64,000 nucleotides of DNA. Origin: a virus. Numbering within the stretch: position 1 is the first letter of the stretch; each line of letters begins with the position of its first letter. The DNA is taken from positions 104,654 through 168,653 of the IMG/VR virus record IMGVR_UViG_3300042317_000390; one strand, 5' to 3'. Positions 49,569 to 58,652 of the stretch are shown here, piece after piece. The notes under the pieces were generated by a model, which had not been told where the DNA came from, did not search any database, and saw only the letters and a list, made by a program, of their open reading frames with translations. Both the position numbers and the translations under genes were made by a program.

Positions 49569-49644
49569 AGCGGGTGGGAGGTATAGTATCTCATCGGTCT
49601 CATAAACCGATAGAAGTTGGCGCAATTCCAACACTCCGCTTCCA
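49569..49644 (+). tRNA. atypical tRNA with CAU anticodon (Met or Ile2)
   Basis: TCGGT-CTCATAA-ACCGA; T-arm GTTGG-CGCAATT-CCAAC; bulged acceptor stem; CCA. Confidence 0.7.
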
Positions 49645-49656
49645 AAAGGACACGTT

Positions 49657-49758
49657 ATGAAAGTAGATTATAGACTATTAGTCGTTTTCAGAGTTTTATC
49701 TTTCTTTATTATTATGATTGTATTCGGTTTTATTGGTGCAGATCTATTTGGCGGTTAA
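49657..49758 (+). CDS. 33-aa membrane peptide between tRNAs (absent from ORF track)
   Basis: AAGGA SD; MKVDYRLLVVFRVLSFFIIMIVFGFIGADLFGG*. Confidence 0.45.
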   Translation: MKVDYRLLVVFRVLSFFIIMIVFGFIGADLFGG

Positions 49759-49759
49759 T

Positions 49760-49834
49760 GCGGGTATAACTCAGGGGTAGAGTGTCAGCCTTCCAAGCTG
49801 TTCGTCGCAGGTTCGAATCCTGTTGCCCGCTCCA
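49760..49834 (+). tRNA. tRNA-Gly(UCC)
   Basis: CAGC-CTTCCAA-GCTG, GTTCGAA, TCCA end. Confidence 0.93.
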
Positions 49835-49857
49835 AGTTGAGGGTAATATTAGGGCAA

Positions 49858-49926
49858 GGTCAAGCGGGATCTGCGTGGCAGGTTTCGTGAGGTGTCTAGT
49901 TTGTCTAGGTTAGACGGGGCTTGATC
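49858..49926 (+). ncRNA. candidate small three-way-junction RNA
   Basis: Closing stem GGUCAAGC/GCUUGAUC with two internal 9-bp hairpins rich in G-U pairs. Confidence 0.4.
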
Positions 49927-49934
49927 AATATATT

Positions 49935-50363
49935 ATGAATCGTGATCACAAATACATGGCTTTTACTAGACGTATGGCCATAAATAATCATAACGACAAT
50001 AGAGCAAAGTTGGCGGCTAGTCTTGTTATTCGTAACGAGATTATTTCGGTTGGCTACAATTCATACAAGACCCATCCTCTTCAAAAGAGATTTTCAAAGA
50101 ACATAGAGGCTATATTTAAACATGCTGAAGTCGATTGTATTATTAGTGCGTTGCGCCATGTGGAACAGGAAGAAATGGCGAAAGGGACGCTCTACGTCTA
50201 CAGAGTCAAGAAACTAACTAAAGATCACGTAGAGTGGTCTGATGGATACGCAGAGCCTTGTATTGGTTGTCAACAGGCTCTGCGTCATTTTAAGATTAAA
50301 CGAGTTGTGTATTCTACTGACGATGATTATATGTATTGTGAGAAGATACCAACTAAGTGGTAA
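49935..50363 (+). CDS. zinc-dependent cytidine/dCMP-type deaminase
   Basis: ISVGYN, HAE, PCIGC. Confidence 0.85.
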   Translation: MNRDHKYMAFTRRMAINNHNDNRAKLAASLVIRNEIISVGYNSYKTHPLQKRFSKNIEAIFKHAEVDCIISALRHVEQEEMAKGTLYVYRVKKLTKDHVEWSDGYAEPCIGCQQALRHFKIKRVVYSTDDDYMYCEKIPTKW

Positions 50364-51012
50364 ACGTCTCATAAACCTTATCTACAAAATCTACCTTATT
50401 CTTCACAAATATCTGAGCAGGTTCGTTATCAACAGCTATCATGATAACAATCTGTGGAATCTTAATCTTATAGATCCATTCGAACATAATAGCATAACAG
50501 CTTGACTGAATAAAGTAATCTTGGATCCACTCTTCCTTCTTTTTCTTAGCGGAAGTCTTATAATCTATAATCGACGGTATACCCTTATATTCGGCTACTA
50601 GATCGGTTCGACCCGCCGCCCGTAGGAAATTAGAGTAAAGGGCTAACTCGATCCCTAAGACGTTATCTACGTGTTCGTCTAGGTAGGGTTTTATAGTATT
50701 GAACATATCTAGATTAGATGGAATCACTCCATCTTTGTAATCTTTATTTAAGATATAATTCTCTGCCAAGGTATGCATGGCAGTTCCTCTCTTGGAAGCA
50801 CGAGTTGTGGTTTTTTGAGCTTCCTCTTCACCAACTCGTTTCCTCCATTCAATAAGAAAAGATTTGTCTGCCTTTTCGGAAATAACAGTGGTTACTGATC
50901 TGAATCTCTGACCGTTTGGTAAGAAGTAATATCTTTTACCGTTTTCATAGTCCATACCAATATCATCTACTTCTGCGACAAAATTATGTTTGAATATCTT
51001 TCTGTGTGCCAT
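50353..51012 (-). CDS. PD-(D/E)xK exonuclease
   Basis: SVTTVI, RGTAMH, AGRTD...IIDYKTS, YFIQ..CYA. Confidence 0.85.
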   Translation of the reverse strand: MAHRKIFKHNFVAEVDDIGMDYENGKRYYFLPNGQRFRSVTTVISEKADKSFLIEWRKRVGEEEAQKTTTRASKRGTAMHTLAENYILNKDYKDGVIPSNLDMFNTIKPYLDEHVDNVLGIELALYSNFLRAAGRTDLVAEYKGIPSIIDYKTSAKKKKEEWIQDYFIQSSCYAIMFEWIYKIKIPQIVIMIAVDNEPAQIFVKNKVDFVDKVYETFTT

Positions 51013-51634
51013 CAGTCACCGTATATATTGCGTCCATACGAGAAGTTGTAATGAAGTTATTTGGGTTATTCGGATCTGGTGCTATCCAGTTAAGTGCGAT
51101 TGGACCAATACCTTTCGCCATATAATAACGAGCACCAGCTGTCTTCTTACCCCAAGATTGTTGATACACCATAGTGATAATATCGGTGTATCTATCTCCG
51201 TTTGATAAAGTCATTTCTGGAATATGTGATTCCCAAATAACCGTTTGGGTTCCAGACATGAATTGGGGAGGATTAGATCTAATTGGATCCATCTTAGGAA
51301 AATTACGATAGAAGCCTCCAATCTCTCCAAATTCTCCCCAACCTATACCCGGATTCATAACTACTTTTTTGCGATTAGTAAACCAACCACCAGTTGGATA
51401 ATCATCACGCCATTCCATTAACCCTTTGCCCGCCTCATAACGTAGATACCAAGTATCTACCCATTCTCCCTTTTCATTATAATCAACATAAAGTAAGTCT
51501 TTACCATCTAATGATAGAACAAACTTAACGATAAGATCTGGCATAGACTTATCTACTGTTTTGTAATGAAAGTTGTGAATCTTTCCGGGTAGTGGACTAG
51601 GCCAATAATTTGGGACAAAGAATTTATCTGCCAT
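50984..51634 (-). CDS. hypothetical protein
   Basis: Coupled ORF, beta-rich, YMAKGIGP motif. Confidence 0.55.
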   Translation of the reverse strand: MADKFFVPNYWPSPLPGKIHNFHYKTVDKSMPDLIVKFVLSLDGKDLLYVDYNEKGEWVDTWYLRYEAGKGLMEWRDDYPTGGWFTNRKKVVMNPGIGWGEFGEIGGFYRNFPKMDPIRSNPPQFMSGTQTVIWESHIPEMTLSNGDRYTDIITMVYQQSWGKKTAGARYYMAKGIGPIALNWIAPDPNNPNNFITTSRMDAIYTVTDGTQKDIQT

Positions 51635-52395
51635 TATACTTGAATCCTCATCTTATCTTTAAGAATGATATACTCTTTAACGAGAGCAGATCTGACAATA
51701 TCTTCAGCATTGAATTCTATGAGAGAGAATGATCTCATATTTTTAACAACACGCATGAAATCAGTTAAACCGTTCTTCTCGTGTTCTCTGGTGAAGTCAG
51801 ACTGTCTGAAGTCTCCACAGAAGATAACTTTACAATTATGACCTACACGTGTGATAACGGAATCAAGTTCATGTAAAGTAGCGTTCTGCATTTCGTCTAC
51901 GATAACTATGCAATCGTTGAGAGTAATACCACGTATAAAAGATGTAGACATGAACTCAACAATATTCTTATTCTTAAGGTAGTCGTATGCATCGCCTCTA
52001 CCAAATAGTTCGTTACATATTGCATAATATGGTGCTTCGTATACTTTCGTTTTTTCTTTAGAGTTACCTGGAAGAAAGCCCATATCTCTAGTCGGAACAA
52101 CTGTTCTAACGATTACAATTTTCTTATAAACAGATTCTGGATCGTTTAGTATTTGTTTCAACGATAGATACATTGCCATAAAGGATTTACCTGTACCGGC
52201 AATGCCATGGAGCATAAGATTCATATCTTCAGAAAACGCCTTGAAAGCCCATCTTTGGTTTTCAGTCAATGGATCAAAGTGTCTTAAGTTGAAATTTAAT
52301 TTCTCTTGATAATTCTCTTTTTGTGGTTTTCCTTGTTGGCGAAGAAGTCTTTTTTCTCTACGGGTTAATCTTTTTGTTATATGTTCTTCTTCCAT
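51634..52395 (-). CDS. phoH: PhoH-family ATPase
   Basis: GIAGTGKS, MGFLPG, FIRGITL, VDEMQN, GDFRQSD, DIVRS. Confidence 0.93.
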   Translation of the reverse strand: MEEEHITKRLTRREKRLLRQQGKPQKENYQEKLNFNLRHFDPLTENQRWAFKAFSEDMNLMLHGIAGTGKSFMAMYLSLKQILNDPESVYKKIVIVRTVVPTRDMGFLPGNSKEKTKVYEAPYYAICNELFGRGDAYDYLKNKNIVEFMSTSFIRGITLNDCIVIVDEMQNATLHELDSVITRVGHNCKVIFCGDFRQSDFTREHEKNGLTDFMRVVKNMRSFSLIEFNAEDIVRSALVKEYIILKDKMRIQV

Positions 52396-52402
52396 TTTAC
52401 CT

Positions 52403-52645
52403 CTAAAATGTGTTGATGGTACTCCGTGTAATGCCTTTATTATTTCCCTTCTTGATATGTTTTAACAGATCACGGAAACCCTGATCAGGTTTAGCCATAC
52501 CTCTGCCAGAATGGATCATAGGAGCGCCATTTACGAGTTGAGTTACATTTGGATTCTCTTCAAGGTAAACTTCAAGAGCAGAAATACTCATGAAGTCTTC
52601 ATACTCTTCGCCAGTTTCATTATTAAGAAAACGATATGTGGGCAT
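52403..52645 (-). CDS. FmdB-like small protein (Cys-less)
   Basis: MPTYRF.N.ETGE motif. Confidence 0.6.
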   Translation of the reverse strand: MPTYRFLNNETGEEYEDFMSISALEVYLEENPNVTQLVNGAPMIHSGRGMAKPDQGFRDLLKHIKKGNNKGITRSTINTF

Positions 52646-52872
52646 TAATCACCTGTTGAATCGAGATATGGACGCTTTACCGAAGTAGCATCCTTATACT
52701 TAGTCTTCATAGGAGTGTTCTTGCCCATGGTACCAGTGACCATGGGCGCTCCGTTAACTAGAAGTTCAACATGAGGATGATCTGCAATCTTCTCTTCCAT
52801 TTCAGAGATAGACATTAGTTCTTCCCATTCTTCTCCTGATTGAGTATTACGCAGCTTATAGATAGGCATCAA
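52645..52872 (-). CDS. FmdB-like small protein, paralog of its neighbour
   Basis: MPIYKLRNTQSGEEWEELMSISE...LVNGAPM. Confidence 0.6.
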   Translation of the reverse strand: MMPIYKLRNTQSGEEWEELMSISEMEEKIADHPHVELLVNGAPMVTGTMGKNTPMKTKYKDATSVKRPYLDSTGD

Positions 52873-53072
52873 TCGCTATCCTTATTCCATTCGAATTGAT
52901 AATCATCACCAGACTCTTCGTCTTCAACTAATGAAGAAATATCTCTGGTTCTTAATGCACGCTCAACTCTTTTAGAGTTTCGCTTGTTTTCTCTTTCACG
53001 AGGATTATCGCTGTATTCGTCGTGATCTGAATAATCGTTTTTACGAAATTTCTTTAGTGCTGATTTACTCAT
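52869..53072 (-). CDS. hypothetical charged protein
   Basis: Coupled ORF. Confidence 0.5.
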   Translation of the reverse strand: MSKSALKKFRKNDYSDHDEYSDNPRERENKRNSKRVERALRTRDISSLVEDEESGDDYQFEWNKDSD

Positions 53073-53485
53073 TCTACAATTAGCCCTGGTAGCCCTTCTT
53101 TTACGTGATTGATTGTGATACCGTTAAATGGTAACTTCTTATCCTTAATTGCACATAGAAGTTTAGCATCCTCTGGTGCAACTCTTTCTAGTAACTCCAC
53201 AAACATAGACTCTCTTTTTGCCTGTGGTAGGTTATCATAGAAGCCCTTGATGTAATAACGTAGCTTCTCACACTCTCTAATGAGAACGTGTTCTTGGTCA
53301 ACTAGATCGTTTGGCTTATAGGGAGGTTCGCCCTCTGGAAGTAACCATACTACGTTTGGATCAAAAGCACCCTGTAGAATGATTCTTAGTTGAATGCTAT
53401 CGTTAGCTTTTATTGCGTCAATCTTTTCTTGAGTCTTCTTTAATTTAGCAACCTTTGCTAGAAACTCACATAGTCCAATCTGCAT
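53069..53485 (-). CDS. conserved T4-like hypothetical protein
   Basis: LPEGEPPYK, KRESMFVELLE; follows rnh. Confidence 0.6.
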   Translation of the reverse strand: MQIGLCEFLAKVAKLKKTQEKIDAIKANDSIQLRIILQGAFDPNVVWLLPEGEPPYKPNDLVDQEHVLIRECEKLRYYIKGFYDNLPQAKRESMFVELLERVAPEDAKLLCAIKDKKLPFNGITINHVKEGLPGLIVE

Positions 53486-53495
53486 TTAATTCTCC

Positions 53496-54353
53496 TCAGA
53501 ATTCAGAAATATATTCAGTTAAATTTTTAAGTTTATTTGCCATAAAATAGCTTAGCAATTTACTTCTATCACGATTGTTCTGAGAATTATATTCACACAT
53601 AACCTTCTCATGAATTTCGCTAGGAGTATAACTAAGATCAATAAGCTGTGCATTACGATGATAGTTCCTTGATACAGTTGTTTCCATATCATTAGGATTC
53701 ATAGTAATATATTTTTCAATCTTCTTTGCAGTTAATGGTCTCTGTCTTTCTCCGATAACAAAACAGTTATCTGATGAAAGAATATTTGGAACACCATCGC
53801 CTGAGTCGCCCTTCATGATATGCTCTTTTAGGAACCTATCTGGATCGTCGTGAGTGATCCATTTCTTTCTGGTAGGGTCATACTGTTTAACATTAGCATA
53901 CTTGTGCAACTGGATGAAATCCTTGTCTCCTGACAAGATCAAAATCTTTTCTCCAGTATTTAGGCTAGAACCAAATTCTTCGACAAGTGTGCCAATAACA
54001 TCATCAGCTTCTGCAGACTCAATATCAATTACCTTATAAGGAAAATATTCTTTGAGTTCAGATCTAATCTTATTCATACACTCGAAGATATTCTTCCAGT
54101 CTAGTTCTGAGGCTTCTATGTTCTTCTTACGATTGGCTTTATAGTATGGGAAGATCTTTTTGCGCCAATAGTTTGTATTGTCACAAGCGATAACCATTTC
54201 GCCATAGTCTTCTTTGAATTTAACTCTGTAGGATCGAAGAGAGTTGAGAATCATATGGCGAACCATATTCTCTTCGAGTTGTGCGTTAGTGTGGTTTCCC
54301 AACTGCATTAGTAGGTTGGATAGCATCACTTGATTCAGATCAACGATAATCAC
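53496..54353 (-). CDS. rnh: T4-type RNase H (5'-3' exonuclease)
   Basis: YWRK..FPYYKANRK, EADDVIG, SGDKDFIQL, GDSGDGVPN. Confidence 0.93.
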   Translation of the reverse strand: MIIVDLNQVMLSNLLMQLGNHTNAQLEENMVRHMILNSLRSYRVKFKEDYGEMVIACDNTNYWRKKIFPYYKANRKKNIEASELDWKNIFECMNKIRSELKEYFPYKVIDIESAEADDVIGTLVEEFGSSLNTGEKILILSGDKDFIQLHKYANVKQYDPTRKKWITHDDPDRFLKEHIMKGDSGDGVPNILSSDNCFVIGERQRPLTAKKIEKYITMNPNDMETTVSRNYHRNAQLIDLSYTPSEIHEKVMCEYNSQNNRDRSKLLSYFMANKLKNLTEYISEF

Positions 54354-54360
54354 GAAACAC

Positions 54361-54759
54361 CTATTCTTCGGTTTCTTCAGCTTCTTCTGGGTCTTTTAAA
54401 TCTAAACTGATTTCATCTACTATTTTATAAGGAGAGTTCTCGTCAGTTGGTTCTTCGAATATGTTATCAGCTATAACTTGAAACGGATGAAAGATCTCAT
54501 ATTGTTTACATAGCAACGATCTAATTGCTTCAATTAGAAAAGCCCCATCTTTGATATCCTCATCAACATCATCAGCTAAACCAAATCCTGCTATATCTAA
54601 ATGATTAAAAATGATAGGAGCAAGATTTAATATAGTTTCTTGGATATGATATTGACGCATCATATCCATATTGTGATGTATATCTTCTAGATTTGGTTCC
54701 TTAGCAGAATTGTTATGCTGCTTAGGAAATGTAATAACGTTATTTGATTTTCCTGACAA
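54361..54759 (-). CDS. hypothetical protein
   Basis: NNVITFP motif; start codon uncertain (TTG). Confidence 0.5.
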   Translation of the reverse strand: MSGKSNNVITFPKQHNNSAKEPNLEDIHHNMDMMRQYHIQETILNLAPIIFNHLDIAGFGLADDVDEDIKDGAFLIEAIRSLLCKQYEIFHPFQVIADNIFEEPTDENSPYKIVDEISLDLKDPEEAEETEE

Positions 54760-54795
54760 GTATATTACCTTATTCTATACTGAACGTAAAGGTAT

Positions 54796-55791
54796 TTATT
54801 CGTGATGATACACTACATTACTACCTGAACCATAAAATTGAAAGTCGTAAATTCTGCAATCTTTATGATTGGTATAGATAGCACCTTCCACAGCTGTTCT
54901 TTTATTTTCTGGAACGTAGAAAAGAAAGAATCCACCGCCGCCTGCGCCTAATAGTTTACCACCAATCGCTCCAGCGTTAATAGCCGTGGTATAGATTTGA
55001 TCGAAATAGTCTTGAGTGATATCTTCACATACTGTTTTCTTTTCAATCCAAGATTCATGAAGTAATTCACCAAACTGATCTAGCTTACCTTTATGAATAA
55101 GATCCATAGCAGTATAAGCTTTTTCCTTTTGACACTTTACTTTATTGAACTTTTCAATATCAATAGTCATAGCCTTTTGCTGCTTCTGAAGAATGTTATT
55201 AGCATTTCTTCCTCTACCAGAATAGACTAGCATAAGGTTCTTTTCAAGCTTGCCAACGTTCGGATTAGTTAAGCGAACTTCTTCAACATCAACTTCGCCG
55301 TTTCTCTTAAACTTTAGAAGATTGAAACCACCGAAAGCAGCTGCGTATTGATCCTGCTTACCGACAGGATAACCGCACTTTTCCATTTCAATCTGACAAG
55401 CAATCTCTGCTACGTATCTACGAGTGCTATTATCATATTTGGTAGTGGATAGTGCCTTCACTAGACCAACAGCAAAGGCAGAAGAACTACCAAGACCAGA
55501 CCCCTTAGTTACAATATCTGAGATTGATGCAACCGTAATCTCTTTATTGATATCATAATACTTTAAAGTCTCACGAGTAATAGCGTGCTGCATCTGCTCA
55601 ATATCGTGATGTTCTTCTACGTCATCATACATACAACGTACGCCCATATGGGGAACTTTGTGAGCAAAGACATAGATAAACTTGTTAATCGTTACGGAAA
55701 GGGCGGCACCGTCATCCCTTTCATAGAATGACGGCATATCGCTACCCCCGCAAAAGAAACAAATACGTAGCGGAGTTCTTGTTAAGATCAT
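54796..55791 (-). CDS. hddA: GHMP kinase, D-glycero-alpha-D-manno-heptose-7-phosphate kinase-like
   Basis: TPLRI.F.GGSD, GSGLGSS, GKQDQYAAAFGG, GGKLLGAGGGGF. Confidence 0.85.
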   Translation of the reverse strand: MILTRTPLRICFFCGGSDMPSFYERDDGAALSVTINKFIYVFAHKVPHMGVRCMYDDVEEHHDIEQMQHAITRETLKYYDINKEITVASISDIVTKGSGLGSSSAFAVGLVKALSTTKYDNSTRRYVAEIACQIEMEKCGYPVGKQDQYAAAFGGFNLLKFKRNGEVDVEEVRLTNPNVGKLEKNLMLVYSGRGRNANNILQKQQKAMTIDIEKFNKVKCQKEKAYTAMDLIHKGKLDQFGELLHESWIEKKTVCEDITQDYFDQIYTTAINAGAIGGKLLGAGGGGFFLFYVPENKRTAVEGAIYTNHKDCRIYDFQFYGSGSNVVYHHE

Positions 55792-55793
55792 GA

Positions 55794-56795
55794 TTATGTC
55801 CTATAAACAAACATCTTTTCTGGGAACTTTCTAGAATCAGCATCTGGATACTGATTGACTAGATCCTTCAGCATATGGTTCCACTTGTTCTTAATAAACT
55901 CAATGTTATAACGGCTATCAACAAAAAGCTTATTAAACTTAACCATATTAGTTTGGTTGTTATCTCTAACAAGCTGAATAGCAGCATTTAGATTACCAGC
56001 AAACATACTAGCGTGAAGGTTCTTATCTTCCATATTGCCGTGGTACATTACGTTTAGCCCACCGGAAGTTTCTGGTAAAGCGCCAAGATTAGGATGAACA
56101 CATACCAGACCAGCGGACATAGCTTCGAGCATGGCTCTGCAGGATGTTTCTGTCCAAATAGAGGGGTAAGCAAAGATATGAGCCGAGTTAAGACTTTCTC
56201 TGAGTTGATCATTGGGAGTAAAACCGTGATAGGTCATCTGTGGATGATTACGGATTCTATCGTATAGAGGTTCAAACTGAGCATCCACTTCATCCCAACC
56301 GTAGATCTTAAACGATGAGAATACGTCAAGATGAATATCTGACTGATCGGTTGCTAGAAGCTCGAAAACAGGGACTAGAATTTCTAATCCTCTTTGCGGG
56401 GTAGACGTATAAACTAGTCTAATCTTATCGCTAGGCTTCTCTAGAACGCTTTCGGGGGCGGGATCGATACCCGATTCTAGGATAATAGATTTATTATCCA
56501 TAGGTAGACCGTGAACCAGACAATAACGCTGATACTGCCAGTTAGAGATAAAGACGAACTTATGGTATCTGTCTCTCCAAGCTGGATCTCTAAACTTAGC
56601 AGACTCTGGATCTTCTGGTAGATCATGACACCAGAAAATTCTAATCTTATCTTCTTCTAGTTCACGCTCACGAGAACAGATAATCTGACAATTATCTAGA
56701 AGATCCTGATCTAGAATGTTTGCTAGTTTACGCTTAGCAAGCTCAGTTCCTCCCTGAGCCTTTTCTGAAATCTCGTTTTCTTCAAACCCCTTCAT
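55794..56795 (-). CDS. GT-B (GT4-like) glycosyltransferase
   Basis: GGTE, YTSTPQRGL, YPS...ETSCRAMLEAMSAG, GALPET. Confidence 0.85.
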   Translation of the reverse strand: MKGFEENEISEKAQGGTELAKRKLANILDQDLLDNCQIICSRERELEEDKIRIFWCHDLPEDPESAKFRDPAWRDRYHKFVFISNWQYQRYCLVHGLPMDNKSIILESGIDPAPESVLEKPSDKIRLVYTSTPQRGLEILVPVFELLATDQSDIHLDVFSSFKIYGWDEVDAQFEPLYDRIRNHPQMTYHGFTPNDQLRESLNSAHIFAYPSIWTETSCRAMLEAMSAGLVCVHPNLGALPETSGGLNVMYHGNMEDKNLHASMFAGNLNAAIQLVRDNNQTNMVKFNKLFVDSRYNIEFIKNKWNHMLKDLVNQYPDADSRKFPEKMFVYRT

Positions 56796-57535
56796 TATAC
56801 TTCAATCCTATATCCTGATGCCTTAGCATCGTTATAAAACATCTGAACAGTTTCCTTAGAGAAATCTGTTAGGTTCTTACCCTGTAGATTTAGCTTCTTA
56901 ATCTGATCATGAAGCATCGTAATAATATGACAACCTGCTTCGTCAGCCATCTGTAGATGATAGATCTCACGACATGAAGCCCAAAGAAACTTGATCTTAT
57001 CAAACTCTGCTGGTTTGTTATTTGCTTCACCAATACACTGCTTAGTCCATGTAACTGGATTACGTAGTGTATCAGCAACACGACCAGAGAAGATAGAAAT
57101 AATAACAGGAACGTCTGGATTATTAATATGCTCTAATATATTATGAGTTTGGTTAGGAGTAAAGACTGCGGTTACGTTAACTTTAACACCTTCTTCGTTA
57201 AGCAAACGAATCAAACCATAGTTTGGTTCGCCTAACGTATTTGTAACTGGAATCTTTACGAATACATCATAGTTATACTGCTTGCCCCATTCAGCGATCT
57301 TCTTAGCCTGTAGATACATATTGTCTGTATCGTCAGCAAATACCTCAAGAGAGATATTTGTGCCAGGGCGAAGGAAAGCCAACTTGTCAATAATAGATCT
57401 GGCAAAGTTCTCGTAGTTAGTAATACCAGCTTGACGCATTAGAGTTGGATTAGTAGTGAATCCTGTGACTCTTGGATTCTCAGCAGCCTTTAGAATACCC
57501 TCAAAGTCTGCACCATCAGCGTAAATCTCAATCAT
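56795..57535 (-). CDS. tal: transaldolase (TalC/FSA family)
   Basis: GFTTNPTL, VFVKIP (Schiff-base Lys), VNVTAVF, SIFSGR, LWASCRE. Confidence 0.9.
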   Translation of the reverse strand: MIEIYADGADFEGILKAAENPRVTGFTTNPTLMRQAGITNYENFARSIIDKLAFLRPGTNISLEVFADDTDNMYLQAKKIAEWGKQYNYDVFVKIPVTNTLGEPNYGLIRLLNEEGVKVNVTAVFTPNQTHNILEHINNPDVPVIISIFSGRVADTLRNPVTWTKQCIGEANNKPAEFDKIKFLWASCREIYHLQMADEAGCHIITMLHDQIKKLNLQGKNLTDFSKETVQMFYNDAKASGYRIEV

Positions 57536-58074
57536 TGTCCACCTACATTCTGTTCTATAATATTAGCAGCTTCAAGGAGATTCTTAGCATAAAAGTCTGG
57601 TTTAATATGCAAGTATTCCGAAGGTGCGTTGTATATTTCACCAAGGTATATAGTCTTTACTCCGGCATTATGTCCGGCAACAACGTCACGCCAAGTATCG
57701 CCAATCATCCAGCTACGTTCTTTTGTAACGTGCCATTCTTTAACGATCTTATCTAGCATACCTGATTTTGGTTTATACTCTTCTGTGCCACGAGTTCTCG
57801 CAGCCTGAATGGTATCAACGTTTAATTTATTCTTAATGAGAAGATGAATAGCATCCATCGTCTCTTCTGTTGTATAACCATCATCAACGTCTGGTTGATT
57901 AGTTACAACATGAAGAGAGAACCCAAGCGAACGCATCTTCTTGACTGCCTCTTCAACTCCATCGATGAAATCGAATTCAGCGTAATACCAAGGACAAACG
58001 TGCTTTGGGTCTTCTCTACCGTGAACTAGTTCGTTAATTGTACCATCACGATCTAAGAATACTGCTTTTACCAT
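57532..58074 (-). CDS. gmhB: heptose-1,7-bisphosphate phosphatase (HAD)
   Basis: AVFLDRDGTIN, VVTNQ, KP..GM, MIGD..RD..AG. Confidence 0.88.
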   Translation of the reverse strand: MVKAVFLDRDGTINELVHGREDPKHVCPWYYAEFDFIDGVEEAVKKMRSLGFSLHVVTNQPDVDDGYTTEETMDAIHLLIKNKLNVDTIQAARTRGTEEYKPKSGMLDKIVKEWHVTKERSWMIGDTWRDVVAGHNAGVKTIYLGEIYNAPSEYLHIKPDFYAKNLLEAANIIEQNVGGQ

Positions 58075-58652
58075 TTTGTGGCCTTTACCTGAAGAACAGG
58101 ATTAGATACTAAGCAATGCCAAACTACTGCTTGGAAAGCTTCTGAGTGAGGTGTAACTCTTTCGGCGTATAGCGGAGGAACAACTACAACATTATCACCC
58201 TGAGTTGCAGCGTAACCGTCTTTTCTACCAACGATACCTAGAACCTTTGCGCCGTATTCTTTTGCTAGATCAATAGCATTGATTAGCGCTAATGATACGT
58301 TCTTCTCTTTATTACCACCACCAACGGATAGAATAAAGATAGCGTCACGGCTACAGAAATGACTTGTCTTTAGATACTCATTGAATATAGTATCAAAGCC
58401 TTCGTCGTTTGTACGAGCAGTTAGTTCTGATACGTTATCGGTTGGACATAGAGCATCAACGCCACATAGCTTACGAAGATCGTTAACCATATGGGATGCA
58501 TTACCAGCAGATCCACCAACGCCTAATACGAAGATGCGACCTGCGTGATCTCTAATATCCTTGATTGTCTTAGCTAGTTCTTCGATCTGATTCTTATCAA
58601 TAGCATCAGAGATTACTGAAACTTCTGTGAAGTAATTATCGGTATGACTCAT
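58068..58652 (-). CDS. gmhA: sedoheptulose-7-phosphate isomerase (SIS)
   Basis: GVGGSAGNASH, LTARTNDEG, SVGGG, E..Q...H. Confidence 0.85.
   Translation of the reverse strand: MSHTDNYFTEVSVISDAIDKNQIEELAKTIKDIRDHAGRIFVLGVGGSAGNASHMVNDLRKLCGVDALCPTDNVSELTARTNDEGFDTIFNEYLKTSHFCSRDAIFILSVGGGNKEKNVSLALINAIDLAKEYGAKVLGIVGRKDGYAATQGDNVVVVPPLYAERVTPHSEAFQAVVWHCLVSNPVLQVKATKW

Noticed and set aside
50353-51012. Cas4 as part of a CRISPR system
   Set aside because: No Fe-S cysteine set, no array and no other cas genes; it is an ordinary phage exonuclease.
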